Shown here: one piece after another, positions 25,298 to 35,350 of the stretch | Position numbering within the stretch: position 1 is the stretch's first letter | Layout of the letters: every line of letters starts with the position of its first letter | DNA from: Chiloscyllium plagiosum | Taxonomy: Eukaryota | Assembly: GCF_004010195.1 (NCBI RefSeq) | Contig: NC_057720.1 | Span: 20,946,679 to 20,982,028, forward strand | DNA length: 35,350 nucleotides | Reading direction: 5' to 3' | Translations under genes and position numbers: made by a program | Notes under the pieces: generated by a model | Seen by the model: the letters and a program-made list of their open reading frames with translations, nothing else | Told to the model about the DNA's origin: nothing | The model's database searches: none

Positions 25298-25351
25298 TTT
25301 GCCTGTCCTCGGATGCTGCCTGAATTGCTGTGCTCTTCCAGCACCACTGAT
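25298..25351 (+). mobile_element. 54-bp PLE terminal remnant with 15-bp direct repeat
   Basis: CCTCGGATGCTGCCTGAATTGCTGTGCTCTTCCAGCACCAC flanked by CCAGCTTCCAGATCT at 25283-25297 and 25352-25366. Confidence 0.65.
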
Positions 25352-25410
25352 CCAGCTTCCAGATCTGTCAGTCCTGGATTTGCTCTCTCTTTCTACCTTG
25401 ATGCTGGCTG

Positions 25411-25413
<3 letters not shown>

Positions 25414-25465
<52 letters not shown>
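25414..25465. repeat. (TC)n microsatellite; a shorter (AG)n lies at about 25003-25023
   Basis: Read directly from the sequence. Confidence 0.97.
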
Positions 25466-25469
<4 letters not shown>

Positions 25470-25839
25470 ACTCTCTCATCACTCTCTGACTGTTGGAGAG
25501 ATCCAGACCCTGGTCTTGCCACTCTTGGGTAACAGCAGTATTTATACCAATTCACTTTTTCACCACCTTGAAGCTGTTTATAAATTACAGCCTTTGCGTA
25601 ATTTGGCCAAATTGTTTTGCTTTCTAAAAATAAGAAGTTGGTGTTTGTCTGTTGGTAATTCATGATTGCACTATCTACTATGAACTCCAGGGTAGAAGTC
25701 AACAATAATGCCTCACGGTGACCTCATGAGCAATCTACATCTGCTAATGGATTGAGGTTTTGTTTTTTGAAAGGGAGGTACAATATTGCTCGGAAAATAT
25801 TGGTACGGTGGGAGTAGAGAATTGAAAAGGTAGGTTACT

Positions 25840-25965
25840 GTGGCCAATGGTAAACCCTAGGATGTTGATTGTGGAGGGTTTAGCAATGGTAATAGCATTG
25901 AATATCAAGGGATGATGGGTGGAAGCTTTCTGGTTCGAGATGGTCATTGCCTGGCATTTATGTAG
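25840..25965 (-). mobile_element. Fragment of the LINE family at 27845-29210
   Basis: AGGATGTTGATTGTGGAGGGTTTAGCAATGGTAATAGCATTGAAT closely matches 28691-28735. Confidence 0.8.
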
Positions 25966-26454
25966 CTTGAAGAGCTTAGACATCTTTTGAGTGTCTAAGT
26001 TTGATCTGTTTGCTCCAGATATTGAGTGGATAAATGCTATCCCAATAGAGGAAACTTGTTTATATTTTTGTACAGTTTTCTAACTGATAGCAACTGCAAG
26101 TGGAAGCAAATTTAACCAATTCTGCTTGGACTGTACTTGCCAAGCTAACCTTGGTTTTCAATATTTCCCCAGCTGGAAATGATCTTCACTTTGTGTGAAC
26201 CGGAGGAGGTAAACATTTGTTATAAATGTCTTTTTGGACCCAGTCCACAAGTGTTTTTATTAATTTCTTTGTAGTTCAACATGGAAATTGATCATGATAA
26301 GCTTCAAGATTTTTTTCCTCACTCATCTATCTGTAAGTGTTTGATATTCTGCTTCAGCGGGATTAAAAATTGTATTGGTTACAGTTCTCCCATACAGGTT
26401 TAAACTGACTACATTACCCTAAACTGATCAGACGACCCATTAGGTTTATACATT

Positions 26455-27745
26455 ATATAGATTATACAACACAGAAAGAGGCCCTTCAGCCCATTGTGTC
26501 CATGTTGATCATCAAACATCCATTTATTCTCACCCCTTTTCCAGCACTTGGTCTATATCCTCCTATGCTGTGGCATTTCCAGTGCTCTTATTGGTTATTA
26601 AATGTCTTGAGAGTCCCCTTCTTCAGCACACCCTTTCAGGCAATGAGTTCCAGATACCCAGAATGCTCTGGGTGAAGATTGGTTTCCTCAAATCCCCTCT
26701 AAATCTATTCCTTACCTTGAAATTGTGCCCCCTGGTTTTGACCCCTTTATGAAGGGGAAATGTTTCTCTCTATCTACCCTGTCTATGTCTCTCAGAAGTT
26801 TGGACATTTCAGTTTTATTGCCCTCTCAGACTTCTCTGCTCCAAGGCAAACAATGCCAGCCTATTTAGTCTCTCTTCACAGCTAAATTGCTCCAGTTATA
26901 GAGTCATCGAGATGTACAGCATGGAAACAGACCCTTCGGTCCAACCCATCCATGCCGACCAGATATTCCAACCCAATCTAGTCCCACCTGCCAGCACCCG
27001 GCCAATATTCCTCCAAACCCTTCCTATTCATATACCCATCCAAATGTCTTTTAAATGTTGCAATTGTACCAGCCTCCACCACATCCTCTGGCAGCTCATT
27101 CCATACATGTACCACCCTCTGCGTGAAAAAGTTGCCCCTTTAGGTCTCTTTTATATCTTTCCCCTCTCACCCTAAATCTATGCCCTCTTGTTCTGGACTC
27201 CCCGACCCCAGGGAAAAGACTTTATCTATTTATCCTATCCATGCCCCTCATAATTTTGTAAACCTCTATAAGGTCACCCCTCAGCCTGTTCAGCCTCTTC
27301 CTGTAGCTCAAATCCTCCAACCATGTCCGACAACATTCCAGAGAATCTCTTCTGTGGCCTCTCCAGTGTAACCTAGTCCTTTCCATAGTGTAGCGACGAG
27401 AACAGCGCACAGTACTCCAGCTGTGGCCTAACTAGTGTTATATCCAGCTGCATCATAGCCTCCTTGCTCTTGTATTCAATGAATAAAGTCAAGGATCCCA
27501 TCTTCTTATCCATCTTCTCTACCTTTCCTGTACGTATCTGTATACCTGCGTATGAAGATCGTTCTGATCCTTTCTACATCCTGGTTCTACCATTGAAAGT
27601 ATACTCCTTTGTTTATTCTCTTAAGTGCATCACATCTCCCTTTTCAGCATTAAATTCCATTTGCACTAGTTTACTCCATCTGATCAGCATGTCCATTTCA
27701 TCCTGTAATCGAAGGCTTTCCTCCTCGCTATTCACTTTTATTTTG
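26455..27745 (-). mobile_element. Older CR1 3' region with a nested younger HER1 3' end (about 26898-27322)
   Basis: Two successive CR1 3' tails. The inner one begins TAGAGTCATCGAGATGTACAGCATGGAAACAG, the reverse complement of the 17800-17833 end. Confidence 0.85.
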
Positions 27746-27844
27746 CTGTTTGCTACAACAAGTCTACTATTTATGCCATAGCAAATATATTGTACTTCGA
27801 TCGGTTGGTGACAATTGACGTACTAGAATTTTTAAAAAAACTCA

Positions 27845-29210
27845 CTTGGACATATGCCTCACTGGCTGGGCCAGCATTGATTACCCATCCCTAATCGCCC
27901 TTAAAAGGTGGTGGTCTGCTGCCATTTTGAACTGCCACCATCTATGCTTTTAAGTAGACCCACAATGCTCGTAGGGAGGGAATTCCAAGATTTTGACACA
28001 ACAACAGTGAAGGGATAATAATAAATTTCCAAGTTAGGAAAGTAGCTTGGAGGGGAATTGGTAGGTGGTGTTGTTCCTATGAATTTACTGCCCTTGGCCT
28101 TCTAGAGAGTAACAGTCATGGGTCCATGGTGCTGTCTAAGGATCTTTGGTGAATTTCTGCAGTGCATTTTGTAGATGGTATACAGTGCTGCTGCTGAGCA
28201 TTGGTGGAAGGAGTGGATGCTTGTGGTTGTGGTGCCAATCAAGTCAGCTGCTTTGTCCTGGATAGTAGGCAAAAGTGAGTACTGCAGATGTTGGAGATTA
28301 GAGTCAAGATTAGAGTGGTGCTGGAAAGGCACAGCAGGTCAGGCGGCATCCGAGGAACAGGAAAATCAACATTTCGGGCAGGAGTCCTTCATTAGGAATC
28401 CTGATTGATTTTCCTGCTCGTCGGATGCTGTCTGACCTGCCGCGCCTTTCCAGCACCATTCTAATCTTGTCCTGGATGGTGTCAAGCTTCTTGAGTGTTG
28501 TTGGGGCTGCACCCATCGAAGCATGTGAGGAACATTCTATCACGCTCCTGACTTATGCCTTGTTGACATGGGCAGGCTTTGGGGATTCAGATAAGTTACT
28601 CTCTACAGTACTCCAAGCCTCTGACCTGCTCTTGTAGCTACTGTATTTACAGGTGTAATCCAGGTGAGTTCCTGGTCAATGATAAAACCCAGGATGTTAA
28701 TTGTGGAAGATTTAGCAATGGTAATAGCATTGAATGTTAAGGAACGATGGGTGGATGTTCTCTTGTTGGAGATGGTCATTGTCTGGCATTTGTATAGTGT
28801 GAATGTTAACTTGTCAACCCAAACCTGGGCATTGTCCAGGTCTCTGTGCACTTGAACGTGGACTGCTTCAGTACCTGTGGAGTCTGTAATGGGGTTGACA
28901 ATTGTTCAATCATAAGCAAACATCCCCACTGCTGACCTTTATGGAGGGAAGGTAATTGATGAAGTAGCTGAAGATAGTTGGTCCTATGACATTGCCCTGA
29001 AGAACTCTTGCAGAGATGACCTGACCTGAACAACCTTGCCCTTTTCTACGTGCTAGGTATGAGAAGAGCCCCCTCCCCCTGCTGATTCCTATTGACTGCA
29101 GTTTTGCTCGGGCTCCTTGATGCCACACTCAAACAAATGTGACCTTGATGTGAAGCAATGTCACTCTCACCTGCTTTCAGGAATTTGGCTGTTTTGACCA
29201 TTATTGGACC
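27845..29210 (-). mobile_element. CR1/L2-clade LINE RT plus 3' end (different family from HER1), with PLE insert
   Basis: Minus-strand peptides VLQGNVIGPTIFSYFINYLPSI, KCQTMTISNKR and APTTLKKLDTIQDK. Confidence 0.85.
28267..28466. mobile_element. Fold-back PLE terminal fragment with 14-bp TSD, nested in a LINE
   Basis: TTGTCCTGGATAGT at 28253-28266 and TTGTCCTGGATGGT at 28467-28480. Decayed core on -: CTAATGA-A-GGAC-TCCT-GCCC-GAAA-TGTT. Confidence 0.82.
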
Positions 29211-29479
29211 ATGTGTGTGGTGTACATAGTCATGATTGCATCCAATGTAAATGCAATATTCTCCTCTTGATGAGGGCATTTTCATGCTGGCCATAACTTT
29301 CACTTGATGTAAAATGACTTAATTAAAAGAACTATATTTCCTTTAGTGAATAACTGTTTTAGCAGGCAAATGGAAATTCAGTTAATTAAATGATCCTGAA
29401 AAGGATACAACTTCATGAGGAATAATGTTCCACATAAGATTATTTGATAAATGGGCTTCAAAAAAGTTTAGAAGGGGTT

Positions 29480-30105
29480 AGGAAAGGTAATGGTGGGGGG
29501 TCATCGTCAGTGCTATCAAGAAGCACTTGCCCAGCAATAATCGGCTCGCGGATGTTAAGTTTCTGGCAAGGCTACACAGCTCCTTCATTCCTTTTAGCCT
29601 AGGTGCAAACATGGACAAAAGAGTTGACATCCAGGGCAAGGGGAGTATTACTGCTTGTGTCATATCGAATGTTGCGTCAAGCACCCCTATAAAAACTTGA
29701 ATCGGGGAAGCTCTCCATTAGTTGGAGTTATCGCTGGCAGAAAAACGAAGACTGTTATGTTGGCAGGGCGTCAGCCATCTCAGCTCCAGGACCTCTCCAC
29801 AAGGATTCCTCAGAGAAGTGTTCCTTGCCAAGCCAAACTTCAGCTGCTTCATCAATGACCTTGCCTCCATCATCAGGTCAGAAGTGGAAATGTTTGCTGA
29901 TGATTGCGCAATGTTCAGCACCGTTTGCAACTCCTCAGATACTGAAGCAATCCATGTTGAAATCCAGCAAGTACCTGGATAACATCCAGATTCGAGTTGA
30001 CAAGTGGCAAGAAACATTTGCACTAAGTGATTGCCAGGCACACGACCGCCTGCAACAAGAGAGTCTAACCATCACCCCTTAAGATTGAGTCATTACCATT
30101 GTCGA
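29480..30105 (+). mobile_element. LINE RT fragment of the same family as 27845-29210, opposite orientation
   Basis: ORF 29722-29982 contains FSCFINDLASIIRSEVEMFADDCAMF (RT catalytic FADD motif). Confidence 0.85.
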
Positions 30106-30653
30106 AGTTGCAGGAATGGTTGATTTTACAACTTTTTTGGTAAGGGCCAAAAGAAAGGCAGTCTTAGTGATGGAAAATTGAGAAAGCACAGAGAGGGGAC
30201 TATTTATTTTCCAGCAGTGTCTAGAGTAAACCTTATTCTATGTCCCTTTACCACTACCCTAAACCATTTGCCGGAATCGAACAAAGTAATGTTTTTTGGA
30301 AGGGTTACAAATATTTTAATTCAAACAATGCATAGAATTGCATGGATATCAGAATTTGGCTACTTCAGTTGGCAATCTAACATTGGAATTATTACTCTGT
30401 AAACTAAAATATTTTACAATTTCCCAGCATCTCCCACCCAGCACCAATCAGCTGTACATTTTATTGGACAAATTTGGCACTCTGCCCCAGACAGACTGGC
30501 AATCCAGAGACAAGCAGGGAATTTGCTGAGTTGAAAAAAAAATGCTGCAAATAAAATCCTTAAAGCACAGCTGACAATCTCTGCAGATCAGTGTCTGGAG
30601 AATTTGTGGATAGTTTGAACAATTATTAAAGCTGTTTGACTGAAATAATAGCA

Positions 30654-30880
30654 TAAAAATGTGTTGCTGGAAAAGCGCAGCAGGTCAGGCAGCATCAAAG
30701 GAGAAGGAGAATAGACGTTTCGGGCATAAGCCCTTCTTCAGGAGTGAAGCCCTGAAGAAGGGCTTATGGCCAAAACGTCGATTCTCCTTCTCCTTTGATA
30801 TTGCCTGACCTGCTGCGCTTTTCCAGCAACACATTTTTTAGCTCTGATCCCCAGCATCAGAAGTCCTCACTTTCTCCTAG
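30654..30880. mobile_element. Fold-back PLE terminal fragment with 13-bp TSD and two back-to-back hammerhead cores
   Basis: TGAAATAATAGCA at 30641-30653 and 30882-30894. Inverted arms of about 85 bp are centred near 30746. Confidence 0.88.
30714..30741 (-). ncRNA. Minimal type I hammerhead ribozyme-like core (best copy)
   Basis: Minus strand CUGAAGA-A-GGGC-UUAU-GCCC-GAAA-C-GUC: complete core, perfect 4-bp stem II with tetraloop, palindromic ACGU in place of stem III. The + strand mirror copy (30752-30779) has G12>A. Confidence 0.68.
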
Positions 30881-32082
30881 TTGAAATAATAGCAGTCAAA
30901 TCACATTGTCTTTTTTAAAATTCTTGAATTAGTGAAAATATTGAACTTAATGACTTTTTGTGGGTTCTTTATTTGAGAGTTTGTCAACACCAGATGCTCA
31001 TCTTGTTTTGCAACTTGTTATACTGCCCGTGGAAGACATCTGGTATCTATCACCTGTTTGATCAGAGATTAATCTTGAAGTGGAGGGAACTAAAGGGGTT
31101 TAAAGATGGAAAGAAACTTGCTTCCTTCCAAGAGTAGTGGTATCTTCTCTGTTGAAGAGTGGAAATTTACAGGGCTTTAAGTTCCTTTATTTTCACTTAA
31201 GTGAGCTGTTATGGAGACCTTCGAATAGTACAGATTCTGCACTTTATGCATTGGATAATTTGTAAGTTAGTGGATTTTTGTGCTTTATTTTTGTAGTTTG
31301 TAGAACTGGTCAGATAATAATGCCTTTAATCTCCTTATTGTCTTCCATGAAAGGCTCCTATTGGAAATGAGCATTTAAAGATATTTAGTGAAATTACAAC
31401 ATTTTGCTTACTGTTTTCCATTAAAGATTTGTAATCATGTATTTCAATGGTGTGTAAGCCTGTTTGAAAACTGAAATGTGTAAACATTCATTATCCTCTA
31501 ACCAAATGAACCTATCTACATATAGAAAATAAATGTGTCCTCTTGCAATCTTTTCTTTAGTTCAACAGTTCGTAATCGCTTTATGGTCAAAAAAATGAAA
31601 GGAAAGGAGTCCCATTCTCCACTGTTAAAATTCTGGATTTCTTTATCCTGAAAGTAGGCAGGTCTTCGTAAGGACATTAGTCAACGTGCTGTTTTCGATA
31701 TGGTACTCCAGAACATGCAGGTGGAATATGCTGTGAGCTAAGTCTGTTTGTGCAATTTTCCAGCCGTGTGGTTGGCATTTGATACAAATATTCACAGTCT
31801 ATATAATATGTGCATTAACATTATTTATCTTAAGAATGAACCATTGCAGAGATGGGCATTATACAAAATTATGTATTTTATTCTGTTTTTGCCTCAAAGC
31901 AAAGTTATTACTTCAATTGTTGGTGGACATAAGTGACCAAGTATTTAATTTGTTTCTCTTTAATCTATTATGTACTTCTTGAAGGCTATGGTGCTTTGAG
32001 TCAATATATTACCTTTTCTTGTGGAGAGATTTGCTTGATGTGGATTATAGGTAAACTTTAAATTTTTAACTTGCTCTTTTAG

Positions 32083-32156
32083 GGCCAAGGATTGCTGCCT
32101 TATTTTGCTAACTTCCGTCTGATTGCAGAATTTTCAACACCTTTTGTTAACCAGCG
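32083..32156 (+). CDS. TLCD4: TLCD4/TMEM56 coding exon 5 (gene continues beyond the window)
   Basis: ctcttttag|GGC acceptor and CG|GTAGGT donor; 74 nt: GQGLLPYFANFRLIAEFSTPFVNQ(R), matching the conserved AELSSPFVNQR-type motif. Confidence 0.95.
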
Positions 32157-32207
32157 GTAGGTATATTTAGTATTTATGTATAACTAAACAGATATAATTT
32201 GTAACAT

Positions 32208-32394
32208 GTTCAGAGGTCACACAACACCAGGTTATAGTCCAATAGGTTTATTTGAAATCATGAGCTTTCGGAGCTCTGCTGTTTGTCAGGTGATGAAAGC
32301 TTGTAATTTCAAATAAATCTGTTGGACTATAACCTGGTGTCATGTAACTTCTAACTTTGCCCACCCTAGTCCAACACTGGTACCTCCACATCGC
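32208..32394. mobile_element. Fold-back PLE terminal fragment (another subfamily) with 8-bp TSD
   Basis: ACACCAGGTTATAGTCCAA inverted against TTGGACTATAACCTGGTGT. TGTAACAT at 32200-32207 and 32395-32402. Minus-strand core remnant CTGACAA..AGC-AGA-GCT-CC-GAAA-GCTC at 32262-32289. Confidence 0.78.
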
Positions 32395-32699
32395 TGTAAC
32401 ATTAAGGGGGTCAAAGCAATTACTCTTCATTAATTCTTCACTTGCTTTCGAAATATTTTTTTAAAAAAAGGTCTGGATTTTGTTGCTAAACATTTTGGAG
32501 TTTAATGCAATTTTTTAGTGCGTAAATCATTTGGAGATTCATGGCTCAGAAGAGAGAATTAATGAATTGAGAATCTCGATAAGTTGCTCGATTTGATTTG
32601 CTGTTCTGCCATTGACCCCAGTACAATGGGTGGTGGGGAGAGGTAAGTTTCAAGATGTTGTTGCCTTTTCATATTGGTTGGCAATTAAACTATTTTTAA

Positions 32700-32912
32700 T
32701 ATTCGCTTATGATGTGTGGACATCACTGGCACAGCCAGCAGTCAATGCCCATATCTGACCACCTTTGAGAAGGTGGTGATGAGCCACCATCTTGATTCAC
32801 TGCAAACCTTGGGGTGCAGTGACACCCAAAGTGCTGTTAGGCAAGGAGTTCCTGGATTTTTACCCGGTGATGATGAACAAACTGCTGCATAATTCTAAAC
32901 AAGGATGTATGG
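32700..32912 (-). mobile_element. 3' end fragment of the LINE family at 27845
   Basis: GATGTGTGGACATCACTGGC..TTGAGAAGGTGGTGATGAGCCACCATCTTGA matches 27846-27935. Confidence 0.75.
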
Positions 32913-33473
32913 CTTAGTATCAAATATCATTGTTTCTGCTAACATTTTGTAACTTGTCTCACTTGAGTTTCATGCATTGTTCTGATTAAATATGTAGTTT
33001 TTTTGTTTTTCTTTCCTGTATTCCTCTGTTTCTCCTCTTTAATGATCATGCTAACACAAATTCATTGTCCGTGCAGTCTGACTGAGATGTCTCGTAAGTG
33101 TGCTATATTTAGCTGTGGAGAAGCAATTGCCTGTGTGTTGTCTTATCCATGTTCTGCCCATGCATCATTTCAATCAGCCTATTCAGTGATGTTAGTACAC
33201 AGCACAGGAACAGGTGGGATTTGAACCCAGACTTTCCAGTGCAGGGGTAGGGTCACTACCATTCAGAAACCTAGCTATAATGTTGGGCCAGAAATATAGG
33301 AATTACTCTGACTTGACCATGTGCTTAGGAGGACTACACTGACTAATTTGCTATCAAGTCAAAATGGCATTCAAAGAACACATTCAAGCCATTCAGATTT
33401 GCAAACAATTTCTGTTAACAATGGGTTCCTCAACTCCTTTGAAATTGGTAAAGGTAGATCCAGTCAGATCATT

Positions 33474-35350
33474 GTCTGATCTTCACTTTTTCTTGTCACT
33501 ACACATATTATTTTGATGAAAGGCAACAAAATCAATGAATGTGAGTAACTGAAATAGATGAAGAAGTGCTGCTGGACCTGCTCCTTGGGGGAAATAAAAT
33601 CAATGATTTCATATTTAAAAAGTTATCTTCCTGCTTTTGCCTTCACTTTTTGACTCCGCCTTCCCCATTTTCCAGCAAGCCTTCAGCATTCTCTGCTGTG
33701 GTCTTTCTAGCAATGGTGATATGCAGGGGCTGAGAGAATAATTTACACAGCAATAATGAACTGACTTCAAAGTGGAAATGCTGTTCCCAAGATATTAATT
33801 GTTTTGCTGCTTCTTAAATGGTGGACGTCACAAAATGGGCTGAACGAAGACTTTAAGAAATAGCAACAGGTCTGGTCCATTTGACCAATGAGGCATGCTC
33901 TGCCATTCAATGTTCATAGCTGATCCACTGAATTGCTGCAATGCATCTTGTGAACGTTGCATATTGCAACTAAAGCATTCTTGTGATATATATGAATATT
34001 GAGAACAGCAAGGAAGCTAACTTTTCTCTTCCATAATAAGCTTCCAAAACATCATTGTGGCTATGCAATTATCAAGCACTCTATCACATTGCTGATTAGA
34101 TTATAGATGAAGAGGCTTTGACGCATCAGGGGAGTCAGCCATTGCTAGTTAACTAGCCACTACGTTAACCTTGTTGACACGGCATTGTTGTGCTAGCCCA
34201 ATACACTTCCAGTTAATGGAGGTCTCAGAATGTTGCATTTGCATTATCCAGTGATAATGTTACCACTGAAAAGTGAAATGGAAAAGGTCAGTCCTAGGCT
34301 AGGTGAGCCCTGAACTCTGTCACCCAGATTCCAGCAAATTTCATTATCAGAACGGTATTCATGGAGATAAACACTGTAGAATCAGCAGCAAACCGCCTCA
34401 ATCCTAACCAACATTCCCTGTAAGCTGCCTGCGAGGTGATACAGTAACACGGAAGGTGATACACAGTCCAATCACAAACAGTCCCCATTAAGTCAAACAA
34501 AAAAAAATTAAAGTACTACAATTTCAAATGAATGGGTTGTGCACCAAATATACACAAAGTGGAAGGTTGCTCCTGATTCCTCACAGAAAGAAGGTCATTG
34601 ATGAAACCGATGGACATGATTGGCATAAAGACAGTATCCAGAGGAACTTGGGCTCCGAGGTAGTGTTCCTACCCCTGGAACAGGAAGTGGAGGTTCAACC
34701 CCCATTTGCTCCAGATATGTGTATTAACACCAACCAAGGAACTAGGGCCCTCTTGTGATGTAGCCTCAATGATGTTTTGGAAGCTTATTATGGAAGAGAA
34801 AAGTTAGCTTCCTTGCTGTTCTCAATATTCATATATATCACAAGAATGCTTTAGTTGCAATATGCAACGTTCACAAGATGCATTGCAGCAATTCAGTGGA
34901 TCAGCTATGAACATTGAATGGCAGAGCATGCCTCATTGGTCAAATGGACCAGACCTGTTGCTATTTCTTAAAGTCTTCGTTCAGCCCATTTTGTGGCGTC
35001 CACCATTTAAGAAGCAGCAAAACAATTAATATCTTGGGAACAGCATTTCCACTTTGAAGTCAGTTCATTATTGCTGTGTAAATTATTCTCTCAGCCCCTG
35101 CATATCACCATTGCTAGAAAGACCACAGCAGAGAATGCTGAAGGCTTGCTGGAAAATGGGGAAGGCGGAGTCAAAAAGTGAAGGCAAAAGCAGGAAGATA
35201 ACTTTTTAAATATGAAATCATTGATTTTATTTCCCCCAAGGAGCAGGTCCAGCAGCACTTCTTCATCCATTTCAGTTACTCACATTCATTGATTTTGTTG
35301 CCTTTCATCAAAATAATATGTGTAGTGACAAGAAAAAGTGAAGATCAGAC
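33474..35350. repeat. Long near-perfect inverted repeat: arms 33474-34063 and 34761-35350 (at least 590 bp, cut by the window end), spacer 697 bp
   Basis: Position i pairs with 68824-i without gaps. Mismatches were seen only at 33556/35268, 33828/34996 and 34058/34766. Confidence 0.97.

Noticed and set aside
25265..25705. 146-aa ORF with an ER-repeat
   Set aside because: Produced by the (TC)n microsatellite and a PLE remnant.

Overview
Eukaryotic, AT-rich, CpG-depleted vertebrate DNA, almost certainly an elasmobranch (shark), judged from HE1-type SINEs and HER1/CR1 LINEs. The window lies inside one + strand gene, TLCD4 (TMEM56, TLC-domain membrane protein). Five coding exons (2795-2943, 6251-6340, 8393-8451, 15378-15472, 32083-32156) splice with GT-AG sites in a continuous frame: MASLDWLIVAVASFTIFQIMFHYLSARISIFFCKSYQTLTDIQKTEWNSRVVSTFHALVVGLLSLYLLWFDDAVNANPIWGDPTLVKLNVGLTTGYLISDFLLILWYWEAIGDIYFIIHHSTALYAYYYVLGQGLLPYFANFRLIAEFSTPFVNQR. 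The promoter, 5' non-coding exon and C-terminal exon are outside the window. The introns hold decayed CR1/L2-type LINEs, tRNA-derived SINEs, two pogo/Tigger-like MITEs and about 10 short Penelope-like (PLE) terminal fragments. Three observations stand out. (1) The PLE fragments, from about four subfamilies, carry minimal hammerhead-ribozyme cores (CUGANGA-A-stem II-GAAA-palindrome-UH) with covarying stems, often as fold-back inserts with 13-16 bp target-site duplications. (2) A gap-free inverted duplication of at least 590 bp, with about 3 mismatches, lies at the right end. (3) A candidate in-frame 9-nt microexon lies in intron 4. All calls are from reading the sequence by eye; no searches were run.
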